DNA of 64,000 nt from assembly GCF_037042905.1 (NCBI RefSeq), contig NC_087254.1, positions 16,306,001 through 16,370,000 on the forward strand, given 5' to 3'. How positions within the stretch are numbered: the stretch's first letter is position 1; every line of letters begins with the position of its first letter. Of the stretch, positions 26,639 through 39,500 are shown piece after piece. The notes under the pieces were generated by a model. It worked only from the letters and a program-made list of their open reading frames with translations. It made no database searches and was not told the DNA's origin. The position numbers and the translations under genes are program-made. Source of the DNA: Lytechinus pictus. Lineage: Eukaryota.

Positions 26639-29600
26639 CTTATGGTGAAAAGGGTACTTATAACAGGTACGCGTGAGGGGCACTTTTCTTGGGTAAAAAT
26701 GGGTACTGATTCGAAAAAGGGCACTTACAAGAATTAAGGCAAGGGGGCGCATATTATGCTCACAAATAAAACGGGTCCTTCTCAGGTAGGACACAGGACA
26801 TATTTGAAATTAAGGGGTCATTTTTGGGGTAAAAATTGGAAATGCACTTAACGGGTTCTACTCAGGTGAAAGGGGCACGTACAGTATACACTATCATGAG
26901 GGGGCATTTTTTCTTATGTAAAAAGGGCAACTTTTCAGTACTTCATAAAGTGGGGGCACTGTACCCCCCCCCCGATCGCCGCCCCTGATTTGGCTCATTC
27001 TACCTTTATTTCCCGCTTTTGTTTGCCATTTCGTCATCTTCATTTTTTCCCCTTCATTATCATGCTAATGTACTATTTCGGAATTAATTTGTTCTTTTTT
27101 TTCACATATGCTCTTCTTTCGTTCCTTTTCCCGCTTATTCCTTCCGTTTTCCATTTTTTACGTTTTTTCTTAACTTTTAATTCCCTATAGCTTTCCCTTT
27201 TCCTCACCTTACCCCTTCCTTGGACTTCCTTCCCCTTTTCCTTTCTTTCTCCTTCCCTTTTCTCCTTTTCCCGTTTTTTCTTCTCGGTGAAATTTAGTAT
27301 CCGCCAGGGGGGGGGGGCATGCTGCATTTGCCCCCCCCCCCCCGTATATAGGCCTACGCCACTGCTGATGGATTTATAAGTACATGTATAGGCCATATGT
27401 TGAGAATTAATTTATTGATTGAAAAATTTGTTTGAAGTGTTCAAATTTGTTTCTTATTAATGAAAATGACAAATGTTTAACATTTTAATATTAAAATGTC
27501 TTTAAAGTATACATCCAAAGAATCAAAAGTATTTTATAATGACTTTATGTGGTCATCATTGTAAAGGGGAAGTATTACTAATCAGATATATAACTTCACT
27601 TTTCAAAATAGTGATCAGAGATTGCAGAAATCAGCTCTCAAAAATGATTTATTTTCATGCCATATTTCTGCCTTCCACCGGTCCTCTTGCGAGCTCCAGC
27701 TGAGTGACGTCACACAATGAGCAGTGAGCAGCTGAGCTGACAGCAGCCCATTGGAGACGATCTTTCCAATCAGCGTTTTTTGCTCTTAGAATTGTTTATT
27801 CCTCTTAAGATTGGTCTTGTTATATAGATAAAAGTTTGAATTTACTGAACAGTGAAAAAAAGTGCACATTTAACGTATTTTGGTGACCGATATTTAGCTT
27901 AGAATTTTTTTTTTTCCAAGAAATATAGGTGAATAAACAAAGCATATTTTCACGTAGAAATCACACTTGCGTCACATTGATGTTATAGTCAATATAAAGC
28001 ATAGACATTCTTCTTTATGACTGAACAAAAATTATGAAATTTCATTAAGTAGCAAAGTCAGGAATCACAAAAAAAACACGGCAATATCCATCGCGAAATG
28101 ACTGAAATTGCAGTTGAATTGCCGAAGCATTATTAGGAAACGGCGGCGAGCGGACTTTCTTTCATATATCTTAAAAATGCCTTCCTGTTAGGGCGATGGT
28201 CTGTGGCCAAATGCGTTGGCCATTGTTTTGTCATGTGCGAGGACCCTGGTTCGAAACTCGGATTTTTTTTTCTGGGTATTTTTTTTTTATTCCTTCCCCG
28301 TCCCTACCCATCTTTTTTTTCTCTTTTTATTTTCTTGTGAAATTCTATTCAGACCTGTATTTATCAAATCTTGCTTCTTAATTGCTGCTTTTGATTTTCA
28401 AGTTCTTGATTAGATTATTTCTACTCTTATTTGGGATGGGAGGGGTAGAGTTAAAAGTCAAGTCCACATCAACTAAAAATTATTTGAATAGAGTGATTTC
28501 CCTTGTTGTTTTTACTCAAAACAGTCATATACACAAAACAATGATATGCAAATTAGAGTTGTCACTCACATCACATTCGTTTCTATATTTTTTGTGGCAT
28601 TTTGTTTTTTATTCTTTGCAGATTTGACGATAGGAAACTCTTCATCTGATCACAATAGGTTATATTTACGGAACTGTTAAAATAGTAATTATATAAATTT
28701 GAATCAAAGTTTTTATGAAATTTCCTGCAATATCTTGTTATTTTTCTTTAAATTCAAATGAATTTTTGATTGCGTGGACTTCTCCTTTACTCTTAATGTA
28801 GGGAATGCATAGCAAAATTTATCCAGAAACAAAATTGTCTTAGAATATGCAAATCAGTAATTGGACACATGTTCACTTTTCTTTCATCCAGGCCACTTCC
28901 TCACATCCACCAGGCTTTCAGTCTGATGATGAACCATCACACAACATTCACAGTGCTTCACAATAAATATTTCACTTCTGTTCATACATGCAATAAATAT
29001 TGTGGAAAACAAATAAAAGGCGTACCCATATTCAAATACCGTTTAAAAGGACAAATATATTATACCTTTCGAGAAAAATCAGCACGTTAAATATCTGATA
29101 ACAAAACATAATTATGGGGCACTGCAAGAAACTTATGTTCAATTGCAAATCAAGCGTAAGTCTTAAATTCAAATTTAAGCGTAATAAGGTCGAGTTGCAA
29201 TCGCAATTCAACTACATGTTTAATCAAAGGACTTTCCCTTGATTTGGGACGTGTGATTGAGTATAACATTTCTCGCAAAATGCCCTAGTAACATTAAAAT
29301 TGTTCTTTCGTTTTAAATTGTGTGTTATTATTTTTGACAAGCTGTATTCCTGTCCGAGTAAAATTTCTTAGTTCTCTCCAAAACTGTGCTCAAAATTGTT
29401 TCCAAGATTGATAAAGAAATTTTTTCTTTTGTATCATTATCATTCCACAACTTGCAAACCGTAGGTCCTGGAAAGAGTGAAGAAAAAAATGGCTATATCC
29501 AAATCATAGTAAAAGGACATGATGGAATCTCCCAGATTGAGGTAGCAAGCAGAGACCAGAAGTCACCAGAGTTAGCAATTGTGCAGATCTGTGTGTAGAA

Positions 29601-29754
29601 GAGAGAAAAAAAGAAATAGTTTAAATAATCAAATCAAAGTATGAATTTAATTATCGTGATGATTGATGACGTGCGGTGGCATGTAATTCCCGGTCAACAA
29701 CAAATGATAGTAGGTTTAGACACCTGAAAAGTTCCACTCAGAACACTGGAGCTC

Positions 29755-29911
29755 TACCTCAAGTGATGTTTGTGTAGGCCCCACTCCACTTCACTACCGC
29801 TACACTACCGTACATGTACGCCACACCTACCCGGGTAAGTGTGTAGCGTAGTGTAGGCTGTAGCAGTACTCCAGTAGTGAAGTGGAGACTACACGAACAT
29901 CACTTGAGGTA
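29755..29911. mobile_element. Short palindromic MITE, TA-flanked
   Basis: tacctcaagtgatgtttgtgtag ... ctacacgaacatcacttgaggta, with inner arms ctccacttcactac / gtagtgaagtggag. Confidence 0.75.
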
Positions 29912-30034
29912 CGGTGCTCTCTGAGTCTCTGTGTCATTACAAAGATTGCATTTATCTTCATTGTTGAAGGCATTACGCATACATATATGCAGCAACACTC
30001 TAATCAGAAAGAAACACCAGACTCTAATTTTGGC

Positions 30035-30650
30035 CCACCCAAGGGTTCATTACATGCCGCCGCGCACAGAAAATTCAAGCAATAGAAGTCGTGGACCCAA
30101 GAAGTGAGATCCCAGCACGCGCGACCCACTAGTTAGAAATCCACTGCCAAACGCGGTTCGTGGTTAGTATACTAATACTAACCTCGCAATACGTACTAGT
30201 AGTATACTAATACTAACCTCGCAATACGTGTGAGTGATTTTGGCCAGGAATCAGGGTAATCACTGCTGAAAATTTGTCTGGCTTCATGACATCGGCATCA
30301 TGGTGATATAATTCTGTGTATAATAAAAACTTAAACATTCCTCTGAAACAGCAGATTTTCAGCCATGGTCCATACCACTCAGTGATCCTAAATAATTTAA
30401 TTGCCTGCCTGAGTCCTGACCAGTTTTAGAAATCTGAAGAAAAAATCTGCTGGAATTGTGCCACTCACACGTATTAAGTATACTAACCCCGCACCACGAA
30501 CCGCGTTTGGCAGTGGATTTCTAACTAGTGGGTCGCGCGTGCTTAGCCTGGAGGCGTCTGGGATCTCACTTCTTGGGTCCACAACACACGACTTCTATGG
30601 CTTGATTTTTCTGTGCGTGGCGGCATGTAATGAACCCTTGCCTTGGGTGG
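30035..30650. mobile_element. Fold-back element with ~190-bp inverted arms
   Basis: caagggttcattacatgccgcc...cgcgacccactagttagaaatccactgccaaacgcggttcgtgg is mirrored at 30460-30650. Confidence 0.85.
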
Positions 30651-31099
30651 AATTGTACAAAAACATTATTTCTAAAATAAAAACTTTTTAATTTTAATAG
30701 TAGTTATGCCAAAATGCATGATTCTAAACTTATATCAGATCTGTATCTGTCATCTGACCTGAATGCATCGTCAGAACAAGTACAGTTTCCAAACATGCTT
30801 ACCTTGACTTTTGACTGGATCAAACAGCGTAGCCTGCAACATGCATCGGGAGCAAGTGAATGGGACCGTGCAGCTTGGAGTTTTTCAATAGTTAGTAGAG
30901 CAACACAACGAAGACTGTCGAGTGGACAAAATCGATCTTTCCAGTTCACAATTCAATAAAAAACGGGCAAAATAACACAGTTCTGGTTCCCTTATAGTCT
31001 GAAGTTGTCGAAAACAGAATTCGGATGTCACATTACATGAAGAAAACGGTAAATTCGGAAGATATTGAAGAGGTCAGTAAGGTGATTCAGTGTATTATG

Positions 31100-31624
31100 C
31101 ACAGAGGGCTAGGGATGATGAGCTCGATTATTGTGTGACGTCATTATTCTCGACTGTTTTCACTGCGTGAACTGTCGGTCTGGGGGGCGGCTGGGGGGCT
31201 TAGAATGGTCTCTAATAATTTCATTTCTTGCATTTCCACGACATCGATAAGACTTTTTAGTGACATATTTGTGTATAAAAAGACAAGACCTTTCCATTCA
31301 TATATAATTTGTCTATAATCATCACTTTCGTGAATTTTCTTTGTGTGTATACTTTAACCTGTGTACATAATGGACGAGTCGTACAGGGGTCGTACTTTAT
31401 TTGTAAACAAAAATTACCAGGCACGTACCTGTACCACGTGGAATTTACCCGAGCTCGATCTCGATGAGCTCATGCGCTATGCATGCACGGGCGGTAACGG
31501 TGTGCCGCGCCGGTATACGGTGCATGTTGTCGTTGAATACTGAAGCTGCGCTGGAAACCAGACTGTGGAAATCAAGTTAAAGACTGTCGGGATTTCATTG
31601 AGGAATTCAATCAATGGTATTGGT
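31100..31624 (+). promoter_or_regulatory. CpG-rich promoter and probable non-coding first exon of DNMT3
   Basis: CpG cluster at 31370-31560, CRE TGACGTCA near 31136, and donor-like TTG|gtaaga at 31623, about 5 kb upstream of the first coding exon. Confidence 0.5.
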
Positions 31625-32264
31625 AAGAACATCAGTGAGAAGAAGTGATGTGTCCTAATTAAGTTACATTGAGTTATTTTGTTATACATGCATGTGGGGT
31701 TTCATGTTGATTTTTGGTCTCGCTGGTGTTGTGGTTTCAAAGTCTAATCTAACTCTAACCATGGACCTAGTACTAGGTCCATGCTCTAACTAAGTCTTAG
31801 CTGGAGTCTCGATCAGTCTCGTAACATTTGCAGCACGTGCACTGGCTGGATTGAGGCCGTTTCCACCAGTAGCGCATGTGATAGAAAAAATACACACACG
31901 TATCCAGTGAGATTGTCACAATTCCATGGGCCACTTGCAGAAGCTAAATTCCTCCATTATTCGAGGTCATTAAATAATTAACTAAAATTTAAAAAGAGTG
32001 ATTCAGTGAGTTTCAAAAGATTTTATTGAATTTTTGTGTATGACTATGATGCATGTTGTTGAGACCATGTCAGTACCAGTACCACGTCACAACAACCACA
32101 GAGGATGCGTTTTCTAAAGATAGCTTCCTTTTAATATCCTTCAATACTTGGAAGTATATTAAACTTTATATTCAACAACTGTGTGTAGCAAATAAGAATT
32201 AAACAAAGATTTAGACTCTTGATCAAATACTATTGTTCCTTTCACATACTTGTTACAATGGGTT

Positions 32265-32814
32265 CCCGGGGGGGCCACTTCCATTCACGAGTGGATACCA
32301 TGCGCGACCATGGGGTCTCGAAAAGCACCCTAAACACGTAATTTCCATATTCTGAAAATGCCCCCCTTAACAAGTATTGGCGTGTGAAAACCTACCCTTA
32401 ACAAGTATTGGAAACAAAACGATACTCTTGGCAAATATTCCTTGATATGATCCCCTAAACAAGTACAGGAATGTTTTATTGTTACGGGTCCTTCGGTCGT
32501 CGGCTTTACCTTATTTGGTTTAGTACGACCCCACCTTCTACACCTCGCGAAATCGGACTCTAAACACAAAGTGTTGGGGCAAAATGGACATCCTTTATAA
32601 AACATTTTAATTTTGTTTTATCATTCCCGCAAATTCGACCCTAAACACGTAATTTTACTAGCGAAATAGACACCCTTTTTTCATTATTTTTGTGTTTTTG
32701 ACACCCTTATCACGTTACGTACGTAACGTGCCCTATCGTGAAAAGGACATCCTTTTTACGTGTTTTTTTGGTCGCGCATGGTATCCACTCGTCAATGTAA
32801 GTGGCCCCCCCGGG
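32265..32814. mobile_element. Young non-autonomous DNA transposon with perfect 8-bp target-site duplication
   Basis: Ends are cccgg(g)nccactt.catt.acgagtggataccatgcgcgacca and its inverse, flanked on both sides by AATGGGTT. Confidence 0.9.
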
Positions 32815-34017
32815 AATGGGTTATAAACTTGAAAATTATATTCATACTTCTTTCACTTTTCCATTGTAATACTGTATCTTTGTATGTTATTATTGATCAT
32901 TACACTTTTATATACACACTTGTGTTTATCTATCATTAAAACAAACGCTTCTTTTTCATTGAAATGTGTTTGAAATGTCATTTGTTTTGTTTCTGAAAAT
33001 TACACAAACATCTATTATTTATAATCAAACTGCACTATTCAGTTTCTTTATTTGTTAAGTGTTTAGCAACGTATCGTAATATTTGTCAAAAAGCGACTTA
33101 ATCGAAACTAGCTTAAAGTTGAATCACCAAAGAATCATCAGAAAATATTCCTCCGCTTTGAAAACGTGCGCAGGTAATTGTCCGTACAACTGCATGGGTT
33201 TCAATGTAATTAGTGTAAGAAAAAAAGGTCTCATATTTAACCTCGAATTTATGAGTTTTTGAACCACATTAAGCAAAATAATGATTGTTTTCAAATAATT
33301 GACAAACTATCATGAGACATTTTTGTTTCTCTCATTTGCCTTTAATAACATTAACAACAAATTTCCATGAATCAAACTTGCACTTTCACTCGGTCGCTGA
33401 CGTCTTAAACACGTTTGTATTACGTAGTTTTCCATTATCCATCTTTTAAGACGCCTAAAATTGACCCTTATCACCTTAAATACATTAAAGAAATATGTGT
33501 AGGAATCGAGCATAAACTACACTGTAATATCAATCGAACAGTATTAACATACTTTCAGTTTTGTATTAAAAAACAAAGAAAACTCGGGATCGAGCAAGGT
33601 CTATGTACCTTTGAAGTTTGAATGGTCTTGTTTTAGCTGTGACCTTGCTTTGAACTTGAAGGAGTTATTAAACTCAAGTACATGCAATAAAACACAATTA
33701 TTTCGAAAAGCAACAATATCTGAATTTCATACTATATGTCATTCTATGACAATGCAGATAGTCTAGATCTAGGCCTAGTAGATGTAGATCTAGCCTACTA
33801 CCAGAAATAGAAACTAGTAATAGTAGTATGTGTTGGAAGAGTCTGCAGACTGTATTAGGTTGAAAATACACCGGCCTATAAGGCTTAATATTAATTCTTA
33901 AAAAATATTGGATAAATAAACAAGGTTTGCTTACCATATTGACCTGTAAGGTGATTCCTCACTCCCTTCTCTCATTCTTGCCCTTGGTCTTATAATGTTA
34001 TATTCGATACAATTTTG

Positions 34018-35015
34018 ATTTTTAGCTCATCCGGCCCGAAGGGCCAGATGAGCTTATGCCATGGCGTGGCGTGGCGTCCATCATCTGGCGTTCGTCCACC
34101 ATTTAAAAATGCTTCTTCTTCGCCATTTCAAGTCTGATTTCAATTTTGTTTGCTTTATATGATAGCACTAGGTGGAGATTCAAAACTTCTACACAGAATT
34201 TTGAAACTCATTAAATTTTTCAAAATTCCCAAAAATGCTTCTTTATTTATTGACCGATTTTGAATTTTTTGCTTCCATCTGGTAGAGCTTAATGAGGTTT
34301 ACCAAACTTCTACACAGAATTTTGAAATTTTGACTAGAACAATTTTTATGCTAAAAAAAGAGATATGCAAAATTAATTTATGCATATTTTTTAAAATTCA
34401 CATAAAATGCTTCTTCTTTATTTGTTGACCGATTTTGATTTTTTTTTCTTCCATCTGGTAGAGAGCTTCATGAGGTTCACCAAACTTCTACACAGAATTG
34501 TTCAATTTGGAGTAGAAAATTATTTATGCTAATTTATGCAAAATTCATAAATCACAGAAAATGCCTCTTTATTTGTTGACTGAATTTCAAAATGCTTCTT
34601 CTTCATCATTTCATGTCTGATATCAATTCTGTTTGCTTTATATGATATCATTAGGTGGGGGATTCAAAACTCCTACACAGAATTTTGAAACTCATAAAAT
34701 ATGCTAATTTATGCGTATTTTTAAAAATTCAGATAAAATGCTTCTTCTTTAATTGTCGACCGATTTTGATTTTTTTCTTCCATCTGGTAGAACTTCATGA
34801 GGTTCACCAAAATTATTTATGCTTAATTTATATGAAATTTATTCATAGATCACAGAAAATGCTTCTATGTCATTTCTTCATCAATTTCAATTCTATATCC
34901 TCAATTTATGTCACCAATGTAATTCACTACAGTGTCAACTGGGCTGAAATTAAAATTGTGTTAAATTTCGTTGCGAGATGCCGGATGAGCTCAACATCAT
35001 TAATGTGCTAGTTTT
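34018..35015 (+). mobile_element. Helentron-associated (HINE-like) element with internal tandem repeats
   Basis: Starts tttttagctcatccggcccgaagggccagatgagct (5' hairpin) and ends gatgagctc...ctagtttt. Internal repeats of aaacttctacacagaattttgaaa / ccatctggtagag. Confidence 0.6.
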
Positions 35016-35289
35016 TGTATTGTATTTTTCTCTGAATTTCATGATAAGGCCAAATTGTTTTGTGAGAATCACCCTGACAATTAAAAAAAAGTAAATCTTA
35101 CTAGTTTATATAAATTAGCAATAGAAATTTGCAATTGATTGCTAATTTTCTTGCAACACCCCCTTTAAACCCTTTAGTAGGAAGTAGATATTTATATAAT
35201 ATTGACTGGCCTTGAGGGGAACATCAAATATATTGCCAGTAAAAGAATCATATTGGCCCGAGTCTTTAGACGAGGGCAATATGGGTCTT

Positions 35290-36233
35290 TTAAGGACGTT
35301 CCACAGTTATGTTTGTGCGCAATATGATCTGCGCATATTTTACACTCTGCGCGCTGACGTCACAATGAATGAACAGGTGATTAATTAGCTGCAGGTTTGA
35401 GCTGATTTTTTTCATCTTCTGCACTTTAACTGCAGATCATATGTGTTATTTCTTGAAACTAAAAAATGGAATTATTCCATGGACCATTCAAAAAAAAATT
35501 CTCTACAATTTCAAAATACTTTACTCTGCAGTGCTGCCAAGAATCACGAATATTACCCCGAGTTTGAATAAATGGTAGAGTGGTTTTGATTTTTTCTTCA
35601 CATAGACACAAAGCATTCGGCGCATTTTTGGTGTTTTAAAAAGCACATTTGCTCTAATAAAAATTCTGATAGTTTAAAAACAAGCACATGAACCCCTATC
35701 TTTTAATGTTTGTACCTCTTAGGTATACCTTCCTCTACATCTCTGCAAATTTTGGTGAAAATGACATGGATTTTGAATAAAGTGCAGCATATATTGTACG
35801 TTTGTAGTTTGTTACTGAAATTTCACATTTTTTAGATTGGGATTTTGTTATCTTTTACGTCATTTTTAAGAACTGGCAGTGCTGTTAAACTTAAAATTGC
35901 AAATAAATAGCACTGTAAATAGATTCTCCATTCTAACGATACAATTATTAACTCTCTTGCGAAATTTGATGACTTTTTCATGTATTTTGACTGGGTAATA
36001 GAGGTTTAAACTCATTGTAGTAATCTTGGGCGGTCTAAAAATGCCAAATTCTTTTGAATGCGCAATTCTTAAGAACATCAATTTGGGTGAACTTTGAAGC
36101 TCTGTAGCAAAAAATCAAGCACATGGACCTATGTTAATTTTTGCATATTTCGAATATTAAGGGTCTAAAGTATCTATGAGCAAAGTTTGGTGAAAATGAC
36201 ATGGATTTCATTTTAACTGTGGAACGTCCTTAA
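35290..36233. mobile_element. Non-autonomous Kolobok-like transposon, TTAA target duplication
   Basis: ttaa-ggacgttccacagtta ... taactgtggaacgtcc-ttaa. Confidence 0.85.
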
Positions 36234-36561
36234 GGGCAAATACTGAAATTAGCGATCATAATCAACTCCTACTGCGCAAGTGTACTGCAAAAATATGGCC
36301 AATATTGCCCTCTGTTTTTGTACAATTTTCCTATGGGCAAAGCATGGGGAGGGCAACATGGCAAATGTTTACCCCGTTGGTCTCGGATTGAAAGTAGCAA
36401 GCGAAATATGACATTTATCTAAAAATGCCTTGTATAATTAATAATCCGTTTTATTTCATAACCTCACACAAATTTTCAAAGTAAGCAAAATTTCCTTTTG
36501 TCATTCTCTTCTGCAGCCAATGTTCTACGTCAGTGTATGAGACCATAACACTGAAGACAAT

Positions 36562-39500
36562 ATGAGACTCCCAAGCAAACAGGTACTTAATGTTTTTTTG
36601 TTTTTTTCTTCTTCAAAAGAATTATACATCTGTGTGAGAAATCAAGTTTAAATGAAGTTTAAAGGGAGGAAATATTTTTGCCTGTGGAGGGTGGGGGTGG
36701 GGGGGGGGCTATACCTGATATTGGTACAACATCCAAAATTGTATGAATATGAATTGCTGTGCCAAGAATAGTGCTTTACTAGAGTTATCAAGGCCTGCAT
36801 GGAACACATAGGAAAGTAACCAATGTGATAATATTTCAAATGCCTATTGTGATTGAATCTTATAGGAGCTCCTGCGGACCTACAGTACATGGGATGCAAC
36901 CAAACAAAAACGTATGTCGGCTCGTATCTCACTCAAGCATGGTCTTGCTTTTCTCCGTCTTCTTAGGGTAAGATTATAATGATTGTTAAGGGTAAGGGTA
37001 AGAGTATAATGATTGATATCAGTTCAGCTAAATATCTAGTGACATGTTAGCTCTCTAAATTCATTGCAGGGTTTAAAAGTAATTATTTATGTTGTACTAA
37101 CGTCCTAACCAAATAAATTTCGAAGGGTACTGAATGTAGGTATCAGCATTTGATGATAAGTCAGGATCGATACTTAATACTTTTTTAATCGGGCAGATGG
37201 AAATATTTTAGTAATAATAGTTCCTAATTTTGAAGCAATAATCCTCAAATTCAGCCCCCCTCCCAAATAACAATTCTTTGAGTTTGTTAGAGACAATGCC
37301 TAGATAACACTTGAAGTGTGTTATTGCAGTAAAAGCTTGCACTTTGACAGCTTTTTTTATATGCAATTTTTAGCTTTTGCTCATGATTTAGTTTGTATTT
37401 GTTGTCCTCAGTATCAGAATGCCTGATCTCAGTGTTTTGTTTTGCTGATAAGACCTTTAGCCCTAATAAGACCATGACATTTTTTAGATAAATCCACTGC
37501 GCAAATTTTGTTGACCACGTTGCGGGCTGACTTTAGTTTCAAGTCTCGCAAACTTTTGAAACCAAAATTGCGACCCCTGATACGCAATTCCGAAATCACG
37601 CAACATTTCGTATGTGCATGCTGACCCAAACTTGCGCAAAAATGTGAATTTGTGTACAAATCCAGCTAAAGTTCATAAATGTATTATTACTTTTCCTTTT
37701 ACTGATTAAAATCAATTAATTTCATCTTGTTTATAGTTTAAATAAAGTCCCTGATAATTTCCATTGAAAAAAAGCATTAAAACAAAAAGTACATGTAGAA
37801 AAACAAAGAAATACATAAGAAATTTATAATCAATAAAATACATAAGAAAGTAAATGTGATGTTGAAATTTGTTGCATTTGATCAGATTCTTATAAAAAGT
37901 CTTTAAACCAAAAATTAGCATTTTAGGGGCATTATTTAGTAAGGGCAAACCTTTGATTTTACGCATTAATTAGCAATGAGATTTCTCACAGAATTTGATC
38001 TAATATTTTTGTAGATTATGCCATGGGTAAGGCACAAGCCAATTTTTTCGCGATCAATGCCTGAGATCACAAGGGGGGCTGAATAACAAGGACACTTTTT
38101 ATGATTTACAAGGTTACATTTTATTTTATATCAAACAGGCTACTGACAAAAGATGTGTGGGGTGATGACAAATTCTGGAGACAAGAAGGTCCTGTAGATT
38201 TATTAACTTGATTCTATGTATGGCTAGATCATTTATTATATTTTCCATGATATAAAGATAGATCACTATCAAGATCAGCATTCTAATATATTTGTGACCC
38301 TATTATCTATTTCCATCTCAGAGTGGGTCATCTCAAAGAATATCACAGCGGAAAGGATCTCCAAGCAGGGTATTCAAAGGAAAGCATAAGCTGTCTCCTG
38401 GTGATGATAGACGAGAGAATAAGAGGTTCAAGAGAGCTCAAGAAGATCAGGGAGAGGTGTCATCAAATATTCTGATGAAAGATGAAGATAAGATGATAAA
38501 AGAGCAGGAATTGCAACCAGAAAATGCAACAAATCTCATGAGAACTGAAACAGTATCTTCCCAGAGCACGTCGACTCTTCTGAGTGGCACAAAGAGTGGA
38601 CCCAGTGACTTTCCACTAGGTCAGAAGATGCAGTATGTACCCCTGCAAGGTCCAGCCAGTAGCAAGGATGGACTGATCGATGATAGTACTGTGTCATCCA
38701 CTTTAGGACCTCAGAATGAATCGTTCCAGGGAAATCCAAAGGCACCAGGGGAACAAGCATCGTTGTCCAGCAGTGAGTCGAGTGCTACTTTTGACAGAGA
38801 GTTCGAGTTGAACTATGAGCTCCAGAAGCCTGGGCCACTTTGGAGAAACAAGCGCAAATCACTGCAACCAAGAAAGGTTCTACGTAAGGTGGCGCCAGAA
38901 GAAGGAAGTGTGTTAGGGAATTACTTGCAGGAAGAATTGCAAACCCAGGCAGAAGACAGTGAAATGAGCATACCTACAGATGAAGGGGAGGTTCTGGAGT
39001 CCGGTCAGAAACACGGTGGGGTTCTTGAACCAGAAAAGGTGATGCTGTTGAGGTGTACAGGGATTACTTCCGTAAGATCACAAAGTCCATCAGTTGTGGA
39101 GTCTGATGGAGAATCCGGCCAGTTGAAACTGTTCATAGATCAAGACCCCATGCTTGCAGAAGGAAACTATTCTTGTGGTTCAGACCAAACTGTTGTTCCA
39201 TCTTCTTCACAAGGAGACACAGGAACTGTCCCTTTCCCAGGTCTTACATGTAGGTTTGAGAGCATTCAAGGCTTTACTGAAAAGAACAACACTGGAGAAT
39301 CAAGCCAGGGAAACCCTCCTTTGCTTGGAGACGGGCTTGCAGATGTGGTGAATAGTTCTTTGTTGGATGAAAGTGTACCTGATGATTGCCTTGACAACTT
39401 GTTGCCAGGCTTAAACTTGCGGCATGTTGAAAGAGCAGCTGCAGAGGGCAATTCTAATGATGAGAAGGCTTGCAGCTCTCAGGAGAAGGTAGACAAGTCA

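Noticed and set aside
28190-28265. tRNA-like sequence with box B (ggttcgaaac)
   Set aside because: No coherent cloverleaf could be built, so it is more likely a SINE head. The same applies to 5020, 11850-11920, 47874 and 57860-57925.
38139-38190. Possible extra small DNMT3 exon (acceptor aaacag)
   Set aside because: It hits an in-frame TGA or an incompatible phase; the flanking exons already join in frame.
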